Origin: Acidimicrobiia bacterium | GTDB taxonomy: Bacteria; Actinomycetota; Acidimicrobiia; IMCC26256; JBBRZM01 | Assembly: GCA_038236695.1 (NCBI GenBank) | Contig: JBBRZM010000004.1 | Coordinates: 24,716-88,715 of the forward strand | Direction: 5' to 3' | Length of the DNA: 64,000 nt | Part shown: piece by piece, positions 19,085 to 28,954 of the stretch | Numbering within the stretch: position 1 is the stretch's first letter | Layout: every line of letters begins with the position of its first letter | The notes under the pieces: model-generated | The model's database searches: none | The model's input: the letters and a program-made list of their open reading frames with translations, nothing else | What the model was told of the DNA's origin: nothing | Program-made: the position numbers and the translations under genes

Positions 19085-19777
19085 ATGACCGAGCCGCCGG
19101 TGACCGGCCGGGGCGGAGAGCAGCGCATCCCGCGTCCTGTGGGAGCGCAGGCCGGTGGTGCACCGCCATGGTCCGGGCTCGCCGCGGCGAGCCGTCAGCT
19201 CTCGCTGGCTTCGGTGCGGGCGCGCCTCGAGACGCTGCCGCCGCCGCAGCCGCCCGAGCTGGTGGCGCCGGGCAGCCGCGGTGCCGCGGTGCTGGTGCCG
19301 CTGTTCGAGGCCGACGGTGAGGCGCGGGTCATCCTGACGAAACGGCCCGAGACCATGCCGTCACACCGAGGCGAGATCGCGTTCCCCGGCGGCAAGTTCG
19401 AGCCTGCGGTCGATACGTCGCTGCGTGATACCGCCCTGCGGGAAGCCGAGGAAGAGGTCGGGCTTCGGCGCGAGCACGTCGAGGTGATCGCCCAGCTCGA
19501 CTCCTTCGCGACGGTGGCGTCCCGCTTTCACATCACGCCGTTCGTCGGCGCGCTTCGAGACCGGCCGGCGCTGACCGCCGACCCTCGGGAGGTCGTCAGC
19601 GTCTTCGATGTTGTGCTCGCCGACCTTCTCGACGACGACGCGTACCGGGAGGAGCGTTGGGACCTGTTCGGCGCCGAACGCTCGATCTACTTCTATGAGC
19701 TGCCGGGCGAGACGATCTGGGGCGCGACCGCCCGAATCCTCACCGCGCTCCTCACGCATCTGACCGCGGACCTCTGA
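19085..19777 (+). CDS. Nudix hydrolase, CoA-pyrophosphatase-like
   Basis: Nudix box GGKFEPAVDTSLRDTALREAEEEVGL. ATG 19085 chosen inside the longer ORF. Confidence 0.7.
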   Translation: MTEPPVTGRGGEQRIPRPVGAQAGGAPPWSGLAAASRQLSLASVRARLETLPPPQPPELVAPGSRGAAVLVPLFEADGEARVILTKRPETMPSHRGEIAFPGGKFEPAVDTSLRDTALREAEEEVGLRREHVEVIAQLDSFATVASRFHITPFVGALRDRPALTADPREVVSVFDVVLADLLDDDAYREERWDLFGAERSIYFYELPGETIWGATARILTALLTHLTADL

Positions 19778-19853
19778 AGCACCCTCGGCGCTCCCCGGCG
19801 AGCGCCATGCGGGCGGTATCCTCGACTCTTCGGCGCAACGACGGGAGACCGGT

Positions 19854-21014
19854 GTGGAGATCGAGATCGGGATCGGCAAGTCGGGCCGGCGTGCCTACGG
19901 GTTCGACGAGATCGCGATCGTGCCCAGCCGCCGCACCCGAGATCCCGAGGACGTCGACATCTCCTGGGACCTCGACGCGTTCCATTTCGAGCTGCCCCTG
20001 ATCGCCTCGGCGATGGACGGTGTCGTGTCACCCCGGGTGGCGATCGAGACCGGTGAGCTCGGGGGCCTCGCGTGTCTCAATCTCGAAGGGCTCTGGACGC
20101 GTTACGAGGACCCCGATGTGCTGTTCGAGGAGATCGCCGAGCTGTCGGTCGAGAAGGCAACGCGCCGGATGCAGGAGATCTACGCCGAGCCGATCAACGA
20201 AGAACTGATCGGCAAGCGCATCCGGGAGATCAAGGAGGCCGGCGTCACCGCGTGTGCGTCGCTCACGCCGCAGCGGGTCGAGCGCTACTCGAAGCTCGTG
20301 CTCGAAGCGGAGCTCGACGTGCTGGTGATCCAAGGCACGGTCGTGTCGGCCGAGCACGTGTCGAAAACCGTCGAGCCGCTCAACTTGAAGAAGTTCATCC
20401 GCGAGTTCGACGTGCCGATCATTGTCGGTGGCTGCGCGTCGTACTCCACGGCTCTGCATCTCATGCGCACCGGCGCGGTCGGCATCCTCGTCGGCGTCGG
20501 TCCGGGTCACGCGTGCACGAGCCGCGGCGTGCTCGGGATCGGCGTGCCCCAGGCAACTGCCATCGCGGACGCGGCCGGCGCACGGATCCGGCATCTCGAC
20601 GAGACCGGCGTGTACGTACACGTGATTGCCGACGGTGGCATGCGCACGGGTGGCGATGTGGCCAAGGCGATCGCGTGCGGTGCCGACGCAGTGATGATCG
20701 GCTCGCCGCTCGCGAGCGCATACGAGGCGCCGGGACGCGGCTTTCACTGGGGCATGGCCACGTTCCATCCCACGCTGCCGCGCGGCGCGCGCGTCGACGC
20801 GGGTCGCAAGGCGTCGCTGGAGGAGATCCTCATCGGCCCGGCCCACGAAAACGACGGCTCGCTCAACCTGTTCGGCGCGTTGCGCACGTCGATGGCCACC
20901 ACCGGCTACGAGACGGTGAAGGAATTCCAAAAGGCCGAAGTGATGGTGGCGCCGTCGCTGCTCACCGAAGGCAAATCGCTCCAGCGTTCACAAGGCATCG
21001 GCATGGGGCGCTAG
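19854..21014 (+). CDS. guaB3: GuaB3-type IMP dehydrogenase-related protein (no CBS insert)
   Basis: [39 protein letters not shown]-terminus and a TIM-barrel IMPDH-like core without a CBS pair. Confidence 0.8.
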   Translation: MEIEIGIGKSGRRAYGFDEIAIVPSRRTRDPEDVDISWDLDAFHFELPLIASAMDGVVSPRVAIETGELGGLACLNLEGLWTRYEDPDVLFEEIAELSVEKATRRMQEIYAEPINEELIGKRIREIKEAGVTACASLTPQRVERYSKLVLEAELDVLVIQGTVVSAEHVSKTVEPLNLKKFIREFDVPIIVGGCASYSTALHLMRTGAVGILVGVGPGHACTSRGVLGIGVPQATAIADAAGARIRHLDETGVYVHVIADGGMRTGGDVAKAIACGADAVMIGSPLASAYEAPGRGFHWGMATFHPTLPRGARVDAGRKASLEEILIGPAHENDGSLNLFGALRTSMATTGYETVKEFQKAEVMVAPSLLTEGKSLQRSQGIGMGR

Positions 21015-21032
21015 CGAGTTGCGTCAACCCCT

Positions 21033-21081
21033 ACCGTTTGTGCAGAAGTGGTTCCTATGACGTCCGCTGGTGCACAAACGC
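21033..21081 (+). repeat. 49-nt conserved hairpin element, copy A
   Basis: ACCGTTTGTGCAGAAGTGGTTCCTATGACGTCCGCTGGTGCACAAACGC. The 10-bp arms CGTTTGTGCA/TGCACAAACG are inverted. 44/49 identical to copy B. Confidence 0.85.
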
Positions 21082-22616
21082 AGCATGACACCGTGCTCGT
21101 CGTCGACTTCGGTGCGCAATACGCGCAGCTGATCGCGCGGCGGGTGCGCGAGGCCCACGTGTACTCCGAGATCGTGTCGCGGTCGATGCCGATCGAAGAA
21201 ATGCTCGCGAAGCGTCCGGCCGGCATCATCTTCTCGGGCGGTCCCGCATCCGTGCATGTCCCCGGCGCCCCGTCGATCGATCCCGCCATCTATGAGGCCG
21301 GCGTTCCCGTCCTCGGGATCTGTTACGGCTCGCAGCTCGTGGCACAGCAGCTCGGCGGCGAGGTGCGCGAGACGGGCGGCGGCGAATATGGACGCACCGC
21401 GCTCAAGCTCGAACCGCGCGCCGGCTCACCCCTGTTCGCCGATCTCGCCGCGCAACAAGACGTGTGGATGAGCCACGGCGACGCGATCGTCGCCGCGCCA
21501 CCCGGCTTCGTCATCACCGCGTCGAGCGCAGCCGCGCCCGTCGCCGCGCTCGAAGACCGTGACCGCGCGATCTACGGCGTGCAGTTCCACCCCGAGGTCG
21601 CCCACACCGCGCACGGTCAGGACATGCTCAAGCGGTTCCTGTTCCAGGTGTGCGGTTGCCGGCCGTCGTGGACGCACAGTTCGATCATCGAGCAGGCGGT
21701 CGACGAGATCCGCGCGCAAGTGCGCGACGAGCGAGTGATCTGCGGGCTGTCGGGCGGTGTCGACTCCGCCGTCGCGGCCGCGCTCGTGCACAAGGCGATC
21801 GGCGACCAGCTCACGTGCGTGTTCGTCGACACCGGCTTGTTGCGACTCGGCGAAGCCGAACAGGTGGAAGAGACATTCCTGCGCCAGTTCCACGTCGACC
21901 TGGTGCACGTCAAGGCGGCCGACCGTTTTCTCGACGCACTCAATGACATTCTCGAACCCGAACGCAAGCGCAAGATCATCGGCGAGACGTTCATCCGGGT
22001 GTTCGAGGAGGTGGCGCGCGACCTCGAAGACGCGCGCTTCTTGGTGCAGGGCACGCTGTACCCCGACATCGTCGAGTCGGGCGGCAGCGACAACGCCATC
22101 ATCAAGTCGCACCACAACGTCGGTGGCCTTCCCGCCGACATGGATCTCGAGCTCGTGGAGCCGCTGCGGCACCTGTTCAAGGACGAGGTGCGTGCCATCG
22201 GCGAGGAGCTCGGGCTCCCCGAGGAGATCGTCTGGCGCCAGCCGTTCCCCGGCCCCGGTCTCGCGGTGCGCATCATCGGCACGATTACGCCCGAACGACT
22301 CGACACGCTCCGACGGGCCGACGCGATCGTCATCGAGGAGATCAAGCGGGCCGGGCTCTACCGGGAGATCTGGCAGAGCTTCGCGGTGTTGCCTGCGGTG
22401 CGCACGGTGGGCGTGATGGGCGACGACCGCACCTACGAGTACCCGATCGTGATCCGGGCGGTCTCGAGCGACGACGCGATGACTGCCGACTGGGTCCGCC
22501 TGCCCTACGACGTGCTCGAGCGGATCGCCTCCCGGGTGATCAACGAGGTGCCCGGGGTCAACCGGGTCGCCTACGACGTCACCAGCAAGCCGCCGGGCAC
22601 GATCGAGTGGGAGTGA
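21057..22616 (+). CDS. guaA: GMP synthase (glutamine-hydrolysing)
   Basis: [17 protein letters not shown] (GATase), SGGVDSAV (ATP pyrophosphatase), C-terminal TIEWE. The start is either ATG 21057 or GTG 21048, and both lie inside repeat copy A. Confidence 0.9.
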   Translation: MTSAGAQTQHDTVLVVDFGAQYAQLIARRVREAHVYSEIVSRSMPIEEMLAKRPAGIIFSGGPASVHVPGAPSIDPAIYEAGVPVLGICYGSQLVAQQLGGEVRETGGGEYGRTALKLEPRAGSPLFADLAAQQDVWMSHGDAIVAAPPGFVITASSAAAPVAALEDRDRAIYGVQFHPEVAHTAHGQDMLKRFLFQVCGCRPSWTHSSIIEQAVDEIRAQVRDERVICGLSGGVDSAVAAALVHKAIGDQLTCVFVDTGLLRLGEAEQVEETFLRQFHVDLVHVKAADRFLDALNDILEPERKRKIIGETFIRVFEEVARDLEDARFLVQGTLYPDIVESGGSDNAIIKSHHNVGGLPADMDLELVEPLRHLFKDEVRAIGEELGLPEEIVWRQPFPGPGLAVRIIGTITPERLDTLRRADAIVIEEIKRAGLYREIWQSFAVLPAVRTVGVMGDDRTYEYPIVIRAVSSDDAMTADWVRLPYDVLERIASRVINEVPGVNRVAYDVTSKPPGTIEWE

Positions 22617-22697
22617 GCCCCTGCGCATGATCGAGCGGGAGTGAGCCGCTGATCGCGCGAGACTCGGCCGCAGATGATCGAGGGGGAGTAGGAGCCG
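22601..22697 (+). repeat. three dispersed copies of the guaA 3' terminus (GATCGAGNGGGAGTRR)
   Basis: GATCGAGTGGGAGTGAGCC (22601), GATCGAGCGGGAGTGAGCC (22629) and GATCGAGGGGGAGTAGGAGCC (22677). Copies 2 and 3 are preceded by AT, giving ATG ATC GAG NGG GAG stop. Confidence 0.85.
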
Positions 22698-22699
22698 AC

Positions 22700-23719
22700 A
22701 TGGACGATCTGGAGCAGACCGCGCGGGCGCTGGTGGCGCCGGGCAAAGGCATCCTGGCGGCCGACGAGAGCAGCGGCACGATCAAGAAGCGTTTCGACGT
22801 CATCAACGTGGACTCCACCGAGGAGCACCGCCGCAACTACCGCGAGATGCTGTTCACCGCCGAGGGCGCGGGCGACTACATCAGCGGCGTGATCCTGTAC
22901 GACGAGACCATTCGCCAGGACGCGGCCGACGGCACTCCGCTCGTGCAGCTCCTCGAGCGTGAGGGCATCATCCCCGGGATCAAAGTCGATCTCGGCGCGA
23001 AGCCGCTCGCGAAATCGCCGGGCGAGACCGTCACCGAAGGTCTCGACGGTCTGCGTGAGCGCCTCGTCGAGTACCGGGGCCTCGGCGCCCGGTTCGCCAA
23101 GTGGCGGGCGGTGATCAACATCGGCGACGGGATCCCGACGCGCTACTGCCTCGACGTCAACGCCCACGCGCTGGCGCGCTACGCGGCGTTGTGCCAGGAG
23201 GAGGGCATCGTCCCGATCGTGGAGCCCGAAGTGTTCATGGACGGCGATCACACGATCGAGCGCTGCTATCAGGTCACCTGCGACACGTTGCACCACGTCT
23301 TCGACGACCTCTTTGACCAACGGGTCGAGCTCGAGGGCATGCTGCTCAAGCCCAACATGGTGCTCTCCGGCAGCGACGCTTCGACGCAGGCGAGCGTCGA
23401 CGAAGTCGCCGACGCGACGCTGCGCTGCTTCAAGATCGTCGTGCCCGCGGCGGTGCCGGGAATCGTGTTCCTCTCCGGTGGGCAGAGCGACGAGATCGCC
23501 ACCGCGCACCTCAACGCGATCAATCAACGCGGTCCGCACCCGTGGCAGGTCAGCTTCTCGTACGGTCGCGCGTTGCAGGCGCCCGCGCTCAAGGCCTGGA
23601 AGGGCGAGCCGAGCAATCTCGATGCCGGCCGGCGGGCCTTCTTGCACCGGGCCCGTTTGAACAGCGCGGCCCGTTCGGGAAGCTACACACCCGAGATGGA
23701 GCAACAGATCGCGAGCTGA
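22700..23719 (+). CDS. fba: fructose-bisphosphate aldolase, class I
   Basis: GKGILAADESSGTIKKRF N-terminal motif and the LLKPNMV Schiff-base lysine region. Confidence 0.85.
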   Translation: MDDLEQTARALVAPGKGILAADESSGTIKKRFDVINVDSTEEHRRNYREMLFTAEGAGDYISGVILYDETIRQDAADGTPLVQLLEREGIIPGIKVDLGAKPLAKSPGETVTEGLDGLRERLVEYRGLGARFAKWRAVINIGDGIPTRYCLDVNAHALARYAALCQEEGIVPIVEPEVFMDGDHTIERCYQVTCDTLHHVFDDLFDQRVELEGMLLKPNMVLSGSDASTQASVDEVADATLRCFKIVVPAAVPGIVFLSGGQSDEIATAHLNAINQRGPHPWQVSFSYGRALQAPALKAWKGEPSNLDAGRRAFLHRARLNSAARSGSYTPEMEQQIAS

Positions 23720-23748
23720 TCGGTCGCGAGCCTGCAGGGGGTGGCAAG

Positions 23749-24186
23749 GTGCGAGCGCTGGTGCAGCGGGTCACCGAGGCGCGCGTTTCGGTCGACGACA
23801 AGGTGGTCGGCGAGATCGGCGCGGGGCTCTGCGTACTGGTTGGCGTGACCCACGACGACGGCGACGCGACCGCGTTCAACCTCGCGGCCAAGATCTGGAA
23901 CCTGCGAGTGTTCGACGATGACCGCGGGAAGATGAACGTGCCGGTCGGCGAGCGCGGTGGGGAAGTGTTGGTGGTGAGTCAGTTCACCCTCTACGGCGCC
24001 ACGACGCGCGGGCGGCGACCGTCGTGGTACGCAGCGGCGCCGCCGGAGCAAGCCGACCGCCTGATCGGCGTGCTCGCAACCGAGCTCGAAGCCCTCGGCG
24101 CGAAGGTCGCCCGCGGGATCTTCCAGACCGAAATGCAGGTCGCGCTGGTCAATGACGGCCCCGTCACCTTGATGCTCGAAGTGTGA
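23749..24186 (+). CDS. dtd: D-aminoacyl-tRNA deacylase
   Basis: VRALVQRVTEARVSVDDKVVGEIGAGLCVLVGV and SQFTLYG. GTG 23749 inside the longer ORF. Confidence 0.85.
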   Translation: MRALVQRVTEARVSVDDKVVGEIGAGLCVLVGVTHDDGDATAFNLAAKIWNLRVFDDDRGKMNVPVGERGGEVLVVSQFTLYGATTRGRRPSWYAAAPPEQADRLIGVLATELEALGAKVARGIFQTEMQVALVNDGPVTLMLEV

Positions 24187-24351
24187 CGCCACCTCCCTGG
24201 GCGCCGCAATTACGCCATACGGCAACCGATAGCCCCCCTCGGGCGTCTTACCGTTGGGCTGCGGCACAGCAGCCATGCGACGACTACCCTTTGCCGTCTC
24301 CCAGCTTCGAGGTCCCAAGGGGCCCGGCTGAGGACCTGATCGGGCCGGAGC

Positions 24352-24633
24352 GTGATGGAACGGATCGAGTCGACGCACAGCGTCTGGATGTTCGACACGG
24401 AGCGCATGCGCTTCCGTCGAGTGCCGCGCGGTGCTGACCCGTCATCCCCGTCGCTCGAGAGCGATTGGGAGCCGTACTTCGGGCTCGAGGTCGATCAGGA
24501 GAGCGGCGCGTTCACCGTCGCGCTCAACGAGGACCGCACGCGGCTGTTGCGTGCGTGGCGGGATGTCGGCGCGAGCGACGGCACCGCCGAGCTCGCGCTC
24601 GAGCCGTCGGCTGAAGGTTCGCTCGACGGCTGA
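24352..24633 (+). CDS. small hypothetical protein (93 aa)
   Basis: G/C-rich third codon positions throughout. I recognise no motif. Confidence 0.45.
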   Translation: MMERIESTHSVWMFDTERMRFRRVPRGADPSSPSLESDWEPYFGLEVDQESGAFTVALNEDRTRLLRAWRDVGASDGTAELALEPSAEGSLDG

Positions 24634-24707
24634 GCCCGACTCCGCGCTCGCTCAGACCACGACGACCGAACACGCGTACGGGTTGTCACAGCGCGCCGGT
24701 ACGATGA

Positions 24708-27101
24708 GTGTTGATGACCGACCCCGCGCTCGCTGAACCCGCGCGCTCACCCGCCGACTCGTCGCCGCCCGACCCCTCAGCGTCCACCCCCGCGCAACCG
24801 GCCGCGCATCGAGCGGCAGTCGACTTCCTGGCCGGGCTCAACCCGGTGCAGCGGGAAGCCGCGACAGCGCCCGACGGCCCGCTGCTCGTGATCGCCGGCG
24901 CCGGATCGGGCAAGACGCGCGTCCTCACCCACCGGGTCGCGTACCTCGTCGGCGAACGGCAGGTCTCGCCGTTCGGCCTGCTCGCGATCACGTTCACCAA
25001 CAAAGCGGCGGGCGAGATGAAAGAGCGCGTCGCATCGTTGGTCGGTCCGGTCGCCCGCAAGATGTGGGTCTCCACGTTCCACTCCGCGTGTGCGCGGATC
25101 CTGCGGCGCGAGGCTCCGCGCCTCGGCTACCGGTCGTCGTTCACCATCTACGACCAGTCCGATGCCGTGCGCCTGGTCGACTACGTGCGCCGCGACCTCA
25201 ACCTCGATCCGAAGCGCTTTCAGCCTCGCCGGATCCATGCCGCGATCTCGGCCATGAAGAACGAGCTCATCGGACCGGAGCAGGCAGTTGCCAACGCGTT
25301 CACGCCGCCCGAGAAGCGCATCGCGGAGGTGTACGTCGAGTATCAACGGCGCCTGCTCGAAGCGTCGGCGGCCGACTTCGACGATCTGCTGACGCTCGCG
25401 GTCAAGCTGCTGCGGGAGCACCCCGACGCGCTGGCGCGATGGCGCCATCGATTCGGGCACGTGCTCGTCGACGAGTTCCAAGACACCAACCTTGCGCAGT
25501 GGGAGCTGATCAAGCTCCTGAGCGAGGAGCACCGCAACGTCATGGTCGTGGGCGACGCCGACCAGTCCGTCTACCGCTTCCGGGGCGCCGACTACCGCAA
25601 CCTGTTGCGGTTCGAGGAGACGTTCCCCGAGGCGACCGTCATCGTGTTGGAGCAGAACTACCGCTCGACCCAGCGGATTCTCGACGCCGCCAACGCGGTG
25701 ATCGCCAACAACGCCGCGCGGCGCCCGAAGCACCTGTGGACGGAGCAGGTCGGCGGCGAGCTGATCACCCGCTATCACGCCGAAGACGAGCACGACGAGG
25801 CCACCTTCCTCACGCATGAGATCAACCGGCTCACCGACACGGAGGGGCATCGCTTCGGCGACCTCGCCGTCTTCTACCGCACCAACGCGCAGAGCCGCGT
25901 CATCGAGGAATCGCTCGTGCGTTCCGGGATTCCATACCGGGTCGTCGGCGGGGTGAAGTTCTACGACCGGCGCGAAGTCAAAGACGCGCTCGCGTACCTT
26001 CGGGCCCTCGTCAACCCCGACGACGAAGTGAGCTGGAAGCGAATCGTCAATACGCCGAAACGCGGCGTCGGCGATACGTCGGTGGCGAAGATCGACTCGT
26101 ACGCGCACGGCGCCGGGCTCACGTTCCGCGACGCGATGCATGAGGCCGCGGCCGCTGGTGTCACCGGCAAGGCGCTCGGTGGCATCCGCGACCTCCTCGA
26201 GATGATGACCCGCCTCGAGGGCGAGGCCGACCACGGCGTCGTGTCGATTGTCGAAGGCGTGCTCCATCGCACCGGTTACCTCGCCGAGCTCGAAGCCGAG
26301 CGGTCGATCGAGTCTCAGGGGCGCATCGAGAACCTGCAGGAGCTCATCGGCGTCACGCGCGAGTTCGACGCCGCGCTCGACGCCGGTGACTTGACCGGTT
26401 TGCCGGGCATCGCCGGCGTCGGCGCGGAGCCGGGTGAGGGGGAGCCGCCCATCCCGACCGGCCTGGCGCGTGTGCAGGCGTTCCTGGAAGCGGTGTCGCT
26501 CGTCACCGACCTCGACGATCTCGAAGGTGAGCAGAGCGCGGTCACGCTCATGACGCTGCATGCGGCGAAAGGACTCGAGTTCGACGTCGTGTTCCTCACC
26601 GGCCTCGAAGACGGCATTTTCCCGCACCTCCGGAGCCTCGGCGATCCCGACGAGCTCGAGGAAGAACGCCGGCTCTGTTACGTGGGCATCACCCGGGCGC
26701 GCGAGCGGCTCTATCTCTGCCACGCCTGGAGCCGCACACTCTTCGGCGCGACCGACTACTACCCGCCGAGCCGCTTCCTCACCGAGATTCCCGAAGAGCT
26801 GGTGCATTCACTCGGCGAAGAACGCACACGCCGCGGCGTCGGCGGGCACCGCGACGCGGTGGTCTCTGCCGCCGCGCGGGGATCGGAGCCCGGGCTCGGT
26901 CCGGCGCCGGCGCCAACCGGGGCCCGCGGCGCGGAGCAACTCGGCCTGCGCGTCGGCGACGACGTCGCCCACGAGAAGTTCGGCGAGGGTGTGATCCTCG
27001 ATCTCGTCGGCAACGGCGACAAGACCGAAGCGGTGATCCGCTTTCGAGAGGCCGGCGAGAAGCGCCTGCTGCTCGCCTGGGCGCCCCTCCAGAAGCTCTA
27101 G
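24708..27101 (+). CDS. pcrA: ATP-dependent DNA helicase PcrA/UvrD family
   Basis: Walker A AGAGSGKTRVLTHR, DEFQDTN, VGDADQSVYRFRGA, TLHAAKGLEF. The true start may be ATG 24714. Confidence 0.9.
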   Translation: MLMTDPALAEPARSPADSSPPDPSASTPAQPAAHRAAVDFLAGLNPVQREAATAPDGPLLVIAGAGSGKTRVLTHRVAYLVGERQVSPFGLLAITFTNKAAGEMKERVASLVGPVARKMWVSTFHSACARILRREAPRLGYRSSFTIYDQSDAVRLVDYVRRDLNLDPKRFQPRRIHAAISAMKNELIGPEQAVANAFTPPEKRIAEVYVEYQRRLLEASAADFDDLLTLAVKLLREHPDALARWRHRFGHVLVDEFQDTNLAQWELIKLLSEEHRNVMVVGDADQSVYRFRGADYRNLLRFEETFPEATVIVLEQNYRSTQRILDAANAVIANNAARRPKHLWTEQVGGELITRYHAEDEHDEATFLTHEINRLTDTEGHRFGDLAVFYRTNAQSRVIEESLVRSGIPYRVVGGVKFYDRREVKDALAYLRALVNPDDEVSWKRIVNTPKRGVGDTSVAKIDSYAHGAGLTFRDAMHEAAAAGVTGKALGGIRDLLEMMTRLEGEADHGVVSIVEGVLHRTGYLAELEAERSIESQGRIENLQELIGVTREFDAALDAGDLTGLPGIAGVGAEPGEGEPPIPTGLARVQAFLEAVSLVTDLDDLEGEQSAVTLMTLHAAKGLEFDVVFLTGLEDGIFPHLRSLGDPDELEEERRLCYVGITRARERLYLCHAWSRTLFGATDYYPPSRFLTEIPEELVHSLGEERTRRGVGGHRDAVVSAAARGSEPGLGPAPAPTGARGAEQLGLRVGDDVAHEKFGEGVILDLVGNGDKTEAVIRFREAGEKRLLLAWAPLQKL

Positions 27102-27149
27102 AACTTGGGCTGCGTGACGCCGGCGCGCGCGGGGTAGGGAGCCTCCGAG

Positions 27150-27893
27150 GTGTCCGGAGTCCCGATGCAGCACGTGCTGGCCGTCGATCACGTCAACCGC
27201 ATTCTCGCCCTCGACAACGGCGAGATGGTCCTGCGCGTGCTCCTGGCGTTGGTGCTCGGCGCCGCCGTGGGCATCGACCGCGAGATTGACGCCCAGCCGG
27301 CCGGCTTTCGCACCCACATCCTCATCTGTCTCGGCGCGGCGCTGTTCGGGCTGATCTCCACGCACGCGTTCTCGCCGTTCCAGTCGATCCGTACGACGAG
27401 CAACGTGCAGATCGACGTCACGCGCGTCGCGTCACAAGTCGTCGTCGGTGTGGGCTTCCTCGGCGGCGGCGCGATTCTCAAGTACGGATCGAACGTGCGC
27501 GGCCTCACCACAGCCGCGTCGATCTGGGTAACCGCCGCGATCGGGCTCGCAGTCGGTCTCGGTTACTACTGGCCTGCGGTCGCTGTCACCGTCGCCGTGC
27601 TGACCGCCCTGATCGGGCTGCGCGGGTTCCGGCGTTTGATCCGGCAGCGGTTCGCGCGCCAACAGGAGGTGGTCACGTTCACGCTGGCGGCGGGCGCGGC
27701 CCCGGGCCCCCTGCTCACCGCGCTCCACGACCGGAGCGACCTGGCTGTCCGGGGCTTGCGGATCGACACCGAAGACGGCCACACGGAAGTCGTGGTCACG
27801 TTGAAGACTGCCGCGGGTATTGGGCTCGAACCGTTGCTGTCGGAGATGGCACAGCGGGATGACGTCGACGAGTTCGCGATCGAGGACCGCTGA
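27150..27893 (+). CDS. MgtC/SapB family membrane protein
   Basis: RVLLALVLGAAVGIDRE motif, 4-5 hydrophobic helices and a soluble C-terminal domain. Confidence 0.75.
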   Translation: MSGVPMQHVLAVDHVNRILALDNGEMVLRVLLALVLGAAVGIDREIDAQPAGFRTHILICLGAALFGLISTHAFSPFQSIRTTSNVQIDVTRVASQVVVGVGFLGGGAILKYGSNVRGLTTAASIWVTAAIGLAVGLGYYWPAVAVTVAVLTALIGLRGFRRLIRQRFARQQEVVTFTLAAGAAPGPLLTALHDRSDLAVRGLRIDTEDGHTEVVVTLKTAAGIGLEPLLSEMAQRDDVDEFAIEDR

Positions 27894-28343
27894 TCAGCCC
27901 GCAGGTGGCTGCTCACGATGTCGGAGATCGACCAGCACTACACCCTGCTGATCGCCGGCCTTCGGAATGTCGGTGTGGAAACGAGCGAGCCGGGTGCTGC
28001 TCACTTTGTGATCGTGGCAGTCGACGAAGCTGTTGATGGAGCCTTTCCAGCGCACCCGACACTTGGCTTCGGCCGGGAGATCGGGCACGAGCGCAACCAA
28101 CTCGCCGCGCTCGAGCGCGAGTAGGAAGCCGGTACCGCCGAACGGGTTCGCGAAGTAGACCGGTCCGCCCTTGGCGGTACTGCGCTGCAACGTACCGGCG
28201 TCGCCGAGCGCGAGCGGCTTCCGCGCGTTTGGCTTCCCGCTGTTGGTGGCGACGAGGATCCCCGCGGCGACGAGCAGCCCCGCGACGATCACGGCCGCGC
28301 CGGTGATCAGCAGAAGCCGCAGGTCGTTGCGCTTCGACGCCAT
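27894..28343 (-). CDS. membrane-anchored hypothetical protein
   Basis: [32 protein letters not shown], a single TM helix. Start chosen to avoid overlap with the divergent gene at 28483; ATG 28484 is an alternative. Confidence 0.4.
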   Translation of the reverse strand: MASKRNDLRLLLITGAAVIVAGLLVAAGILVATNSGKPNARKPLALGDAGTLQRSTAKGGPVYFANPFGGTGFLLALERGELVALVPDLPAEAKCRVRWKGSINSFVDCHDHKVSSTRLARFHTDIPKAGDQQGVVLVDLRHREQPPAG

Positions 28344-28482
28344 GCCCGGGTGTAACCGTCGTCGGTCCGTCCAGTCCAGTCGGCCGCGGACGCCCGCTTG
28401 GGCGATCTCGAGGCCGTGCAAGTATCGTTTGCGCAGGTCCGGCGGTACGTCGGCAGCGCCGGTCGCCTCCCGGAGGGTGCTC

Positions 28483-28899
28483 ATGAAGCGGCGGTATCGC
28501 GTGGTCATCGCCAAGCCGGGCCTCGACGGCCACGACCGGGGCGCCAAGGTGATCGCCCGTGCACTACGCGACGCCGGCTTCGAGGTCATCTACACCGGCC
28601 TGTTCCAGACTCCCGAGCAGGTGGCGGAGACGACGCTGCAAGAAGATGCCGATGCCGTGGGGCTCTCGGTGCTCTCGGGGGCGCACTTGGCGCTGTTCAG
28701 CCGAGTGCTGGCACTGCTGCGCGAGAAGGGCGTGGGTGACGTCGTGGTGTTCGGCGGCGGCATCATCCCCGATGACGACGTCGTCGCGTTGCGTGACGTC
28801 GGTGTCTCGGCGCTGTTCACGCCGGGCACATCGTTGCAGACGATCGTCGGCTGGCTCGAGGAGACGCTCGACGCCCGGGAGGCACAACTCGCATCCTGA
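28483..28899 (+). CDS. stand-alone cobalamin (B12)-binding domain protein, acyl-CoA mutase small-subunit type
   Basis: [34 protein letters not shown] carries the DxHxxG B12-binding signature. Only 138 aa. Confidence 0.8.
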   Translation: MKRRYRVVIAKPGLDGHDRGAKVIARALRDAGFEVIYTGLFQTPEQVAETTLQEDADAVGLSVLSGAHLALFSRVLALLREKGVGDVVVFGGGIIPDDDVVALRDVGVSALFTPGTSLQTIVGWLEETLDAREAQLAS

Positions 28900-28954
28900 C
28901 GAGGTGAATTCCGGTCGCGCCATTGTTCGCAATCTTTTCGAGTGGGAGTAATCG

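Noticed and set aside
21061-21081. CGUCCGCUGGUGCA in the 49-nt element read as the ZTP 3' sub-domain
   Set aside because: It resembles CCGCCUGGGCA only with an indel, and the 5' sub-domain is absent. Two of the three copies are not near purine or folate genes.
24777-26807. 676-aa minus-strand ORF antisense to pcrA, and similar long antisense ORFs at 9408-10796, 9962-11449, 32556-34151, 61661-63391 and elsewhere
   Set aside because: Same reasoning as above. Each lies opposite a gene with strong family motifs, and the translations are Arg/Gly/Asp/His-rich low-information sequence.
28344-28484. N-terminal extension ([12 protein letters not shown]...) of the minus-strand membrane protein
   Set aside because: Third positions are moderately G/C-rich. 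But the ATG would overlap the ATG of the divergent B12-domain gene base for base, leaving no promoter space. The shorter start at 28343 was kept, with low confidence.
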